The notes beneath the pieces were generated by a model. That model was not told the origin of the DNA. It saw only the letters and a list, made by a program, of their open reading frames with translations, and made no database searches. DNA of 64,000 nt. Source: Haliotis rubra. Its lineage: Eukaryota. The stretch covers positions 124,001 through 188,000 of the forward strand of contig NW_025767597.1 of NCBI RefSeq assembly GCF_003918875.1, in the 5' to 3' direction. Made by a program: the position numbers and the translations under genes. Below, in pieces: positions 1 to 12,300 of the stretch; within the stretch, counting starts at the first letter, position 1, and each line of letters starts with the position of its first letter.

Positions 1-126
1 TTATGTTATGTTATGTTTTATTATGTTATGTTATATTTTATTATGTTATGTTATATTTTATTATGTTATGTTATGTTTTATTATGTTATGTTATATTTTA
101 TTATGTTATGTTATGTTTTATTATGT
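1..126. repeat. (TTATG)n-based compound microsatellite abutting a gap
   Basis: Direct reading of ttatgttatg...ttttta units. Confidence 0.95.
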
Positions 127-565
127 NNNNNNNNNNNNNNNNNNNNNNNNNNNNNNNNNNNNNNNNNNNNNNNNNNNNNNNNNNNNNNNNNNNNNNNNNN
201 NNNNNNNNNNNNNNNNNNNNNNNNNNNNNNNNNNNNNNNNNNNNNNNNNNNNNNNNNNNNNNNNNNNNNNNNNNNNNNNNNNNNNNNNNNNNNNNNNNNN
301 NNNNNNNNNNNNNNNNNNNNNNNNNNNNNNNNNNNNNNACCTTGCATTCAGTTCATATACATGCATGGAATATTTATCTCTAACAAATTAATGTTATGAT
401 TACATCCTGAAATCGTGGTCAACTTAATGTGCTGAAACTTGACATGATGTTGACAAGTTATGTTTAGAAGTGCTGATCGTGCACCTTACCCATACACGCT
501 ATCATCAGAATAAAATATAATTAGGTTGTACATGATGCTAACATAATCTACAAATAACAACTCAC

Positions 566-3500
566 AGAAATCCGTCCACAAAAGTATTAGTCATATTCAT
601 CACACCATGGTCAAAGAATGACCCCGTCTCTCCAAGCCAAAGGGGCGTCCCAGCAGGAGCATCTGACGTAGCGTTGCGTGCAATGTCCAGCGTCACCTTC
701 AGCCTGTCCATAAACACGGGGTCGGTGAAGTTTGCAAGTCGGCCTTCTTTGCCATTGCCGAAGTAGCTGTGACAGGAAAGAGTTCAGTTCAGAGTGCGTG
801 AAATATATACCACGTTTAGAAGGTGGTGTTGAACATTAATACTGTCATATAGTGTCAGCTCGATGAGGTAACCCCCGAGGTGAAACACACGAGGATGAAT
901 ATGATTGAACAAACCAATAAAAAAACACATATCTAAGGATACAACACAACAGAACTAACTGTGAATGCTGATGAGGGCTGCGCTACCTGAGGGCTGCACA
1001 GCCAAATCATGTCATGTAAGATTAATGTTTAATGAAACACTGACAAATGGTGCAATATCACGAATACTTATATGTTGTTGAAGTTTCAAGCATCGTGGAT
1101 GAGGAGACTCGTGGCTTTGAACCCACGATCAGCAGATCCCGACGCAGTATATTGTCTGGTGCATTTATACGCTCGGTCGTAAAGATAGTAGCATCCAATG
1201 GTTAAAGATAATTAAGTGAGTCAACAGATTATACATTTTCTTTCTGGAACACCCCCACCACACACACGATGCGATAATTAAGAACGTCGCCAGCACGCGT
1301 TATTATTGAGAGCTTATGACATATGTGCCCATGAATCAAACGTTTCCATGACGACGCCATCTGATGGCTCTACCAGCTGTACATTCAATGTACATATTGG
1401 AGTATATGACTTTCACTCACTGATGGAATGTAATGGCGTCCACGGATCGGGCACCTCCAGAGGTCAAGAAGCTATGGAACATAAAAACTGAATATTACCA
1501 TTGCATTTGTCTTGGTTTAAATTAGTAAGTCTTCATCTGAACATGTACAGAAGTAAATACAAGGAATACATAACGAAGTCCACACCTGTGTATAGCTCGT
1601 TTGTTAATGGTAATACATAATACATGTAATCAAGATGGAGTGTTTTGTTGATGATAATGAAAAACATACTCTTTCATGAATGAAATCCCCCTCTCGATGT
1701 AGAATATATCCGGCCCGAGTATCAATGTATCCTTAAAGTATGGACGCTTCCGCAGTTCATCGTGAAAAGTCAGGAAGTCTCTTCCAAGTTGCGAGCCGGA
1801 AATGCTTGTATTGTAATGATCCGGAATACTCAGGGGTTCTGCAGGAAAACATACCCATGCACATGCTGACGGTAATTGGAATTTAGTAAGTTCATGTATG
1901 GCGCGGGGGGCGAACTGGCTAAAGCGCCAGGCTAGTGATAAATAATAATAATAATGGATATTTTTAGCGCGCCATTTTCCACCCACTGATACATGATCCA
2001 GCGAGGTTGAGGTGACGGGATCGAGCCCACCTGTGACCGGGTGTAAAAACCTTGGAGTCAACTTTGTGTGCAGACTCTCTCAGTGTTGTCACAACCCCTA
2101 GTGTACAGTACACAACCCTGTGCACTTAAAAGAACCCACGAATCCGTTGGTATATGACCGGATGGTGGCCACATGAATACGTGCAAACACCCAGTTGCGG
2201 GTACAGCAACGTGCAGTAAACTTGGACAAAGTACTGTGACTATGTGTCCCAGTCCACCCAGCTGTGAATGGGTACCTCGTAAGGATGGGAATGCCACAAT
2301 AACTCGGTGCGCCTAGTGGCTGCAAGAGTTGTATGCTCCCCAGGGAGTTGAGATTGACAATGCTGGANNNNNNNNNNNNNNNNNNNNNNNNNNNNNNNNN
2401 NNNNNNNNNNNNNNNNNNNNNNNNNNNNNNNNNNNNNNNNNNNNNNNNNNNNNNNNNNNNNNNNNNNNNNNNNNNNNNNNNNNNNNNNNNNNNNNNNNNN
2501 NNNNNNNNNNNNNNNNNNNNNNNNNNNNNNNNNNNNNNNCCTACAACAAAGTGTAAGTCATTGGCAAACGAGGTATGTAGTAGTATCTATAGACTGAAGC
2601 AGGGAAGCAGATTCTATGACAAAATGATGATACATCGTATGTGCACCCTCGTACATCACCTTACAATGCATGACGATGTTTTTCCATAATATGGTATTTA
2701 AGATCATATTGCTCGCTGATCGTATCTTGAGTTAGACTAAACACTAAGATTCCTTGTATATTCCTACAAAGTAGGTCATTAATATATTTGTGAGATTGGA
2801 GATATTACTGGCTTACACACGTTTCTCATGGTCCCAAAGCAACATGTTACATATTGTTTTTATCGTTCGTGTTTCATCATTATGCCTTCGAAGGCCTTAT
2901 ACCATTGCCCAGTTCAAAGCCATAGATGTCATATCCTTTCTGGGTTGTGTAGTCGAGCAGTTGGTCGGCATTTGTAGGGTCCCAGCGTCCATCTTTCCGC
3001 TGCAGCACACTCAGACCAAAGATCAGGTCCCAGCCCACATCCCTGGTGAAATTGTTGATTTCGTCCCAAACATGAGCTGCAGTGTGAATTGATTTGAAAC
3101 CATATACAAGTATGTGTAGTATGTGTACAGCGAACAAACATGGATTATTGCTGTTTGAGAATGACATAGTGAATATTCCAGGTTGATTCCATTGATTCTG
3201 TATTTCAGATTAAATGATCGTTATCACCTGCAAATACTTAACATGGGTCAGCATTTACTCAACACTATGTAATTGTTTACACTAATCACCTGTGAGTACA
3301 CTGTCAGATACAGTCGGTGTCTTCAGACTTGGGTTGAACCTCACACCATCTGCATCCGTGCCCCCAATACGGAGTATACAGGGAGAAAACGCACGAGCAA
3401 GGGTCTTTAATTGTGGTGAACTGAAAATGCGTTCTCTAGAGCGTCACCAACATTATTTCACGCTAATGCTACCAACACTTAACACCATCACACTGTAATA

Positions 3501-4392
3501 GTCACCAACGTGTGCAGCTGCAGCAACTACAAGATCTTCTTTATCATTTAAAACATTGATGTCATCAGTGAGGTGAGGTGAAATTGGGTTTAACGTCATG
3601 CTTGAGAATATTTCGCTCATATGACGACGTGCATGCGTGTGTATGTGTATTTGCGGCTGCTTGTACTAGCCCAGACTTAAGCTGGTTTTATAGTGCTAGC
3701 CCACTGAGATACCATACCGCAGTGAAGCATGAATAACCCACTCAGACACAGTTTACCGACTCCGAGCCGACAAGTCCTTGTTGTACCCATTAATGCCGAG
3801 CGCCAGGCAGGGACCAACAAATACCATATTTTGACGTCTTTTGGTATGACGCGGCCGGGGATTGAACCCGCGACCTTCCGCTCTCCGGGCGGACGCTCCA
3901 ACCACTACACCACGGAGGCGGCCATGTCATCAGTGAGTTGATAACGCCTATTTGAAGTGTAGTCCATTTACCTATACTTAGCAACACCAGACAGAGTATT
4001 TTATAACATGTGCAACATGGGGGTAAGCATTATCCTGCTGAAGTGTGATGTTTCGTCTTTGCATAGTGATGAACGGGGTCGCCCTGGTAGCTAACGCCGT
4101 TCAACGCCTGTCAGTATCAATACATAGTGGCATTTAGACTAAGCATATTTAGATGCCTTTTCCTGTGTATACTACATAGGTAACCTATAATTTCTTACCT
4201 AAAATCAACACCAGTGTTTTGGAATCCATTGTGAATCAAGATGGCATCAAATGTGACACCAACAAACCTGTGGTCTATTGTTTGTAGTACCGAATCAGTG
4301 TTGATGTCTACAGACACGGACGACTTTCCACAGACAACAGACAAGGTGCAGATACTGAGTGTCCACAGTAGTACAGTGTCTGTGGCAACCAT
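566..4392 (-). CDS. HPSE-like: Heparanase-like GH79 copy A (divergent paralog; exons 1-6 only, 3' exons lie beyond window start)
   Basis: Exons 4199-4392, 3290-3420, 2903-3076, 1670-1838, 1421-1471, 566-766, all GT-AG and in phase. Signal peptide MVATDTVLLWTLSICTLSVVCG; motifs FVGVTFD, LRIGGTDAD, DLIFGL, FELGN|EP, ILGPD, AITFH, LWLGETGS match heparanase family motifs. Confidence 0.9.
2215..2367 (+). mobile_element. SINE family 3 fragment (core-domain type), runs into gap
   Basis: cttggacaaagtact...cccagtccacccagctgtgaatgggtacc core-like motif; 2280-2355 is reverse-complement similar to 9360-9435. Confidence 0.6.
3573..3923 (-). mobile_element. tRNA-derived SINE, family 1 (Meta/MESC-like core)
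   Basis: A box TGGTGTAGTGG, B box GGTTCAATCCC, (CACCT)n tail, 14-bp TSD atgtcatcagtgag (3559-3572 / 3924-3937); highly similar to 8277-8629. Confidence 0.9.
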
Positions 4393-4854
4393 TGTTTGTC
4401 TGGAACAAGTGATAAGACTCTAAGGCCGTGTTGCCTTACATCTGGATAACCAGACTGAGGGTTGACATTACGAACTGTGTACTGTCTTATCGGCTTCAAA
4501 TATCCTTCATAATATGTTCCAAAACAAATCTTTCAATCTCACCTTGTAATTTCACTTTTCCCTTATTACCATACGTTATGCTCAATAAAATATAGATCTT
4601 TTATGCTTTGCCATCAAAATTGGTATGTTTCACATTTCAAAATCGGAGCAGATTATTGACGACAAAAATGAATCGAGTATGGTCACGTGTCATACAAGTC
4701 AAGAGAGTAAGACAATGAATATACAACGTGTAATTGTTATTGTACATCTAACAAGACTTGGAAACTTCTGTAACATTAAAGGAAAGTTTACAGGAAATGA
4801 TCACAAAACTACTCAATATTTGTTGAGCATCACTGAAAGACCTTAATATCATCT

Positions 4855-5687
4855 TAATATCATGATTCACAGGAAGCACCCACAAAAGAGTACTCCTGTA
4901 TAGAATAGGACAGTTTATTACTGATAACACGTGCGATGTGTGGTTAACCCATGATCTTCTGAAAATTGTTCAAAAGTACGATCTGGTCGCATGTGAGTGA
5001 ATTTATGAAGACTGGTAATTTTCCGTGCAAACTGGAATGGAGTAGAACTATAATTAGAAAAGTAGCCGACGCAGAATATTATAACTGGCAAATGACACTC
5101 ACTCAGACACCAGAAATGAGCCGTTTTGCCAACATTCACGGTGCTCCAGCCCCATAGACTGTGGGGAATGTGTGAACTGTACCCAATCTCAACCACACTT
5201 GTGTACAATCTAGTTAAACTTGGTGTATTACCTTTTGTAGGTGGGATGTGCCTACTCTGTGACACCGAGTGTGATGATATGGTGAAACACCAACTCTTAT
5301 ACTGCTGCAGTTTATTCTCTAAGCGCAATGCACTTAGTGACCGTTGTTTGACAATATGACCATTGAAAGCTATATACAATTCGAGGATTGTGATGATAAT
5401 GAACTCAAGATTACCACCCTTCTAGGTGGAATCGAACCACTCATTGAAAACATGTCACTGAATGAGTGGGCTGTATTTATTGACATTACAGCAAAAAGCA
5501 TCAGCTCCTGGAACCTCTAAGCCCTGCTGTATCTGTGAAGCTGACATTATGTCAGAGACTATGTGGGAGACTATGTTTGAATATGTAAATATGTTTAATA
5601 TTATATCCTAAGGTGTTTTCATATATGTACTCTCCGTCTTAATGGAGGAAATAAAGCACATTCATTCATTCATTCATTCATTCATTC
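4855..5687 (+). mobile_element. 5'-truncated LINE fragment (RTE/RTEX-like) with (CATT)n tail and 134-bp flanking direct repeats
   Basis: Zinc-knuckle-like CLLC..H.LL.C..L...R in ORF 5126-5359; AATAAA then (CATT)n at ~5650-5687; direct repeats 4721-4854 and 5688-5821. Confidence 0.7.
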
Positions 5688-6380
5688 ATACAACGTGTAA
5701 TTGTTATTGTACCTCTAACAAGACTTGGAAACTTCTGTAACATTAAAGGAAAGTTTACAGGAAATGATCACAAAACTACTCAATATTTGTTGAGCGCCAC
5801 TGAAAGACCTTAATATCATCTGTTGACATATGTTTCAGTATGGCCACTTTATTAATTAATAAGTATTTATTAATAAAAAAGAAAACGTGCGAGATCTACG
5901 TCTTAGGGCTCAGATGACAGACAGTTAAGCAGGTCAAAAAGCCTGAATATCCAATCATGCTATGTGGCATCTTTCTGAAGAGTGTTTGTGTGGTTAGGCG
6001 TCCAATATGAGTGAGTTCGAATCACAAACTTACTGGTCGAGATGCCATGTATTTGCGAATACAGTCGTTTCTTAAAATAATTGTTATCAGCTGCCTGTGA
6101 TAGATGCTTCGGAGAAAAACTGATTGACTAACAGTTGTTGTTTTTTGCTTGGTGCAGGTAGTTTTCAGCAGAATACACATTCTCCAGCACTACTCAACCA
6201 AGCACCCGATGCCAAGCAGACATAGTGTCCGCATATATATGTAGGCATATGTATAAACATATCCTCCAAACGTTACCATTTGATATATTGAGAACTAACT
6301 GCAGTAGTGCAACAAGAAAACCCAAACATTGATCTGTAATGGAACTGTTTTATATCGTGTGGTTACACGTTACAACACAG

Positions 6381-9300
6381 TCAGTCCTGCTGACAGACAT
6401 CCACACCAGCATCAGGGAACACAACGAATCCGAAGGTCGTGGCTGGTATCTGGAGGCTCCCACCATAAGCTCGTTCGGGAGGCATTTCGGGGATGGTGTC
6501 GTTCACATAATCCAGTCGTTTGCCATTTAGAGTTACATTCCTGAAATTAAAACATCTGGGTAATAATATCTATCTTACCTCTTTGGCAGTATGGGACCAA
6601 ACCACGGTCTGCCAACAAGAACCCATCACTTATTCGTTCTACAAAAATGATACCATCTCTACCCTTGAGAGCAATGATGAAGCCACTGGACCTTATTGGT
6701 TGTTCAAGTGCTCAAAGTGTTCTGTATCTTTGTGATTTCAATATCAATTGTCAACTGAAGTAAATAATCAATCTAAATGATCACTTGACAGTAAATGGAT
6801 CTCTGAAAATCAGTGATGACACCAGGTGAGAAAACAGTAAGCATATTTGAAGTGTTGATACATATACTCACCTCGAAGTAAGATCTGGGAACTCTGGACT
6901 GAGCCAGAAAACATCCATATTGGTCTTGAACTGAGGGAAGTTGACGACGGTGGTGTAGTTGTTGACGTTGACGATATAAGCTACAACACTACCTGGTTGA
7001 TACCTGTAGGGACTGAAACAATACATCGTGGACATTGTGAGTAAAGCTGCAAGTTTGTTAAGAACATCACAAATCACCCACTTCCTCATGACAATACTGT
7101 CGGGCATGTTTGCCATGACAGTCATATATGGTTTAATTCTGCTTAAGTTAGTGACTAAGCATGACACATGCTGATAACCAACGTGACCTCTCCCTCCTTG
7201 ATGTTTTTGATTGACGATTCTGATTGATGAAATTATCCTACATCCCCCGTGTGATGAAGACACAATCCACCTTGTACCTTTCCTGTCTGGCACAGTGGGC
7301 GTAGACTCTGAAACTGTTGGTTGAGTTGGTCTGCACAGATAACACCTTGTACCCAACCAGCCTCTTATAGAGCAACGTCAGCCAGTAGTCCTGCAAATGA
7401 CACATTCAAGCGAATGTTAAATATGTGTCGGACATATAACGCTAACTTAGCTATGTCTGTTATTCCTGTAGTGGCGTAAAGTGGTGGCATAGTGGTACGT
7501 TACAGAATATCTAGTCTGCGATCAAGGACTGGCAAATTAAGTCAATACGTTTGTGTTAGCCTCACATTCAACATTATGAGAGTGGGTTAAGATCAACGTT
7601 GCTTGGAATGGTATTACATTGTGTCACAGCTTGAGACGAGGACAGTGTAATGTCAAACGTTTAATCATAACAGGAGGACATTGTCATTAGAACACATAAA
7701 CATGGGTTTCACGCCTGACTATTGCATTTTGGCACAACATATCGACCACATCGCACACACACATGTGCAGTCACACAGCGGACAAAGTGTAATAAAATGT
7801 ACAAATATACAAGTTTTGAGCTTCGTATTTAAATAGCGTGGAAGTAACAAGTAAGGTGAGAAAATACTTTTTCTATAACCTCAAGATATCGTTTCTGTTT
7901 TGCTGATATCGCATTGTTTATCAATGTTCATCACTTCACACAACAAAAGCGTCAGTGAGATGGAACAGTAATTGGTTCAAAAGACAATGCGCTTCAAGTT
8001 TTCGAAGGGGATAGTATGTATTTGTACCTACTGGGTAGGGATCAAACGTGTCCATCTCGATGAGTGAATAATTCTTTCCATAGAACGATTGTCTTAACAC
8101 CCCTTTAAGTCCCATCCGTGCTGCAATCCCGAGCTTGTCTAACCATCTGAAATATTGACAACAATACAATGTACTTGTTGGTGTATATATGATGCAGTAT
8201 GATGCAGTCATGTGACTAGGAAGTTATCTATACCTAGGGAAGTTTCAGCACATATAACCTGCATTAACACACTTGCGGTGGTGGTGGAATTGGATTTAAC
8301 GTCGTGCTTGAGAATATTTCGCTCATATGACGACGTGCATGCGTGTGTATGTGTATGTGCGGCTGCTTGTACTAGCCCAGACTGAAGCTGGTTTTATAGT
8401 GCTAGCTCACTGAGATACCATGCCGCAGTGAAGCATGAATACCCCACTCAGACACATTATACCGACTCCGAGCCGACCAGTCCTTGTTGTACCCATTAAT
8501 GCCGAGCGCCAGGCAGTGACCAACAAGTACCATATTTTAACGTCTTTTGGTATGACGCGGTCGGGGATCGAACCCGCGACCTTCCGCACTCCGGGCGGGC
8601 GTTCTAACGACTACACTACGGAGGCGGTCTAACACACTTGCATTGTTCGTAACGTTTAAGTTTCTTAATGCAGGTTATATGTGCATCAAATATCGGTTGT
8701 ATCAAGAGTCGCAGTTGTATATCGACATCGTTAGCTTCTCTTACCATCATTATGGTGTCGGGTATTGGTTCTTATACGGTGAAATCTCTTGATGCTGCTA
8801 TTTAAAGGCCGCCTGTATAATGCTGGAATACTGCTGATTGCGGGGTTAACGAAGTTGTAAAACTACACAAACATTGCACAGAAGGGATAGAACAAGTCAG
8901 CAGCCACATTTGAACAAATAAAACAAATAGGAATCCCATGTTTCTCATATACTTGAATAAATAGCGTCTATCGAGACGACAGATGTCACCAGTGAGTTTA
9001 TGTCATTTGTTGTTACTTCTTGTCCAGTGTGCAACCCCCAATTGCGTAGATCGATTCTCATACTCTTGATCATTGTCTGGTCGAGAATCGATTATTTACA
9101 GACCGCCGCCATAGGGCTGGAATAATGCTGAGTTCGACGTAAAACTAAACTACCTCACTCCAATGTTCAACCAACCGAGGCGGTTTTTGACCTACAAAGG
9201 TCATGCTTTTGTCAACAAGACCATTGTGCACTGATATTATTATTATTATTATAGTATATTTATATAGCGCACATATCCACGCAACTGGTGCATGCTCAAG

Positions 9301-12300
9301 GCGCTGGTATTTTTCCCTCGATCATTGGATGTCAATCTCAAAGGCACATGATATTATCATTCTCAACGCCCTTGGGAGTATATAACTCTTGCTGCCACTA
9401 GGCGTACCGAGTTATTCTGGCTTTCTCATCCTAACTGATTTTTTTCTTTCACCGTTCCCTGACTTCACTGACTAAACTCTTTCTGTCATCATTTGATTTT
9501 CCTGGTCAAGACTCGTTACTTACTTTCCTTCCATCTGTAGCTTAAATACTGACTTTCTGACAAAACAACATTTATTCAACTGGCATTGTGTAAGGCACAC
9601 AAAAGAGACGCTGACCATTTGTATACTAATATTGTGGTACGATACTCACAGAAAGCCGGCCACATATCTGTTAGAAAGTCCCGGGGCTCCCCCTCCCGAG
9701 AAAGACGATGTCTCACCGAGCCACATGGGAGTGTTGGGGTCGGCGGGGATGGTGATGTTGCGTACAGTGTCAATAGAAATTATTAAACGGTCCATCACTT
9801 CAGGGTCAATGAAGGTGCCCACTTTGGCAATGCCTTCGGGGCCGTAGTACCTACAAGTAATTAAACCAACATCCAATTAGGTTATAAGAGCTGAAATATC
9901 GTCTACCGTCGTATACAAGAAAAATAACAGGAGCCATGTTTAAACGTATTTCAAAGATTGTTATATGGCCGGGTATCAACCCGCCAGTTTTCTCCTCTAA
10001 GGGCAGTCACTCCACCCACTAGACTACATGGGAGAGCTTGCCGAAATTATGTATTCATGCTGCTATCCCTTATTGATTGAAGAGCTACAGCCTGCCAAAA
10101 TCCGTATATTTGAAAAGACAAGTAAGATAGCATACTCACTGGTGGAAGGATATTCTGTCGAGAGGTTTTCTTCCTTCCCCTTCAAAGAAACTGTAGAAGA
10201 TAAAATGTAAGTCTGTTTATAATGTCCCACCGGGAACATTAAGTATAATCATGTTATATACCTCTGATTTTCCAACACAGTATGTATTTGTTTAGAATTT
10301 TAATAACGCGGTTAAGGTAGAATAGAGATAAACATACTGTGTTGGAAAATCATCAGAGGTATATAAGGAAACTATAATGGCTCTTAAATAAAAAGCATTA
10401 GAGATATTATTACTTCGTTATATACCTCTGATTTTCGAACACATTATGCTTATCTCCAAAATAACTGAATGTTGACAGCCTGACTGTCAATACGGAGATG
10501 ATATCATCGTATCAATACGTATCAATACGATGCTGTGTCATGTCTCAGAGCCAAAATAACAATTATACTATTTTGCAGGATTTCTGTTTGTACGTTTCCA
10601 CTCACGTTTTAAGAAATTCTAATTTATGTCCAAAGACTGCTGTTACGTCGGGTCCGATCACCAGAGTAGAATTAAACCCGGGAGTAGACTTGAGGATTTT
10701 CCTCAGATGGACAAAATCTCGCCCCAGCTGTGTTCCAGATATTGTGTTGTTGAAGGGCGGGGGGAAACATGCAGGTTCTGGAGAACACAACAACATTAGA
10801 GTACAGTGTCTAGTATGTGAGTGAGTGAGTGAGTGAGTTTAGTTTTACGCCGCACTCAGCAATATCCCAGCTATATGGCGGCGGTCTGTAAATAATCGAG
10901 TCTGGACCAGACAATCCAGTGATCAACAGGATGAGCATCGATCTGCGAAACTGGGAACCGATGACATGTGACAACCAAGTCAGCGAAACTGACCACCCGA
11001 TCCCGTTAGTCGCCTCTTACGACAAGCATAGTCGCCTTTTATGGCAAGCACATGGGTTGCTGAAGACCTATTCTACCCCGGATCGTCTAGTATGTGACTT
11101 TTGCCATACATATACCTGCATTCATCAAGCACTCCACAGATGACTTTGATTTATGCATGAACTACAACGAGGGCATGTTTTGGTAGTTCGCCTTGATGAA
11201 AAAATAACGAAGAGGGGAATCTTGTACACAATGCTGCTGCAACACTGACAACGATGACAACGGGACTGTCGCTGGATCGTTCCCCTGTTCGTCGATCCAC
11301 TCTGTTCGTCGATCCGTCGATCCACGCAGGTTGACATCGGCATCGACGTCGCCAGACAAGACCACGTACATCAAGGACGTTAAACATGAAAGTACGATTG
11401 ACATCTGTGACCATACAGCTGTTGGAAAATGACGATTTGTAAGAAACGGCACCCCACATAGCCGTCCTGCATAGATAAGAGCTGCACATAGGCAGTTTCT
11501 GATCGTCTGAGCAGTAACTTGAGGTCCAGTAGCCTTATGTAAGTTTGCAGCAGTTTGAGTCGCTGTCTCACATCGATTGGTTATGCGTGGTTTCGGGTCA
11601 ATAGGCCCCTGTACTCTTGCGGTTGGCATAGGACTCCCTGAAAATGAACCCTGGTTTATCACGGGAATAATGGCTTTCCTAGAACCTGTTCCACAGCTTG
11701 CTACAACACACACTGGAACATTGTAGTACGTATTTGCTACCGTGATTCCAATGATTTCGTGTAGTTGGAATATTGCTGGGTGGGGCGTTAATCAACAAAC
11801 AAACTTTGGCATTGTACGCTGACTGCTGGGGAAACCGACAACCCCACACGCTGTGAAGATGGTGCATCGCTAGTGCATAAACAATTCAGACTGCAGGATA
11901 CGCAGAATGAGTGACAGACATAGTAGTGGTCAGCAGATACTCACTGACCTTCTTCAGAAGTTTCTCGCCGTGATATTGCTGGAATATTGCTAAAAGCGGC
12001 GTAAAACGATAACCACTCACTCCTCGGAAGTTTAAATCAGACATGATCATCTACACATGTGTTTGGCGCTACTCCTTGCGAATAGCGAACACTATCGGAT
12101 ATTTTGTGGAAAGTATTTACAGGCATAAATATTTTTGCATAGGATATTTGCCGTCAATAATTGTCATTGTTCTTTGGTATCAGGACTCAATCCTTTATTT
12201 CCAAGAGAACATTTATATCATTAAATGAGTTATAGAACAGTTGATCTAAAGAAACGCATAAACAGAGGCCCGATCCACAAAGCGTTCGCAGCACTACGTT

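Noticed and set aside
3-399. ORFs spanning the first gap (and those at 2329-2689, 35840-36205, 61841-62143)
   Set aside because: Artefacts of microsatellite sequence and N runs.
3850-3923. tRNA gene (also 8556-8629)
   Set aside because: A and B boxes are present but continue into a shared 280-bp body with tail and TSD, so these are SINE heads.
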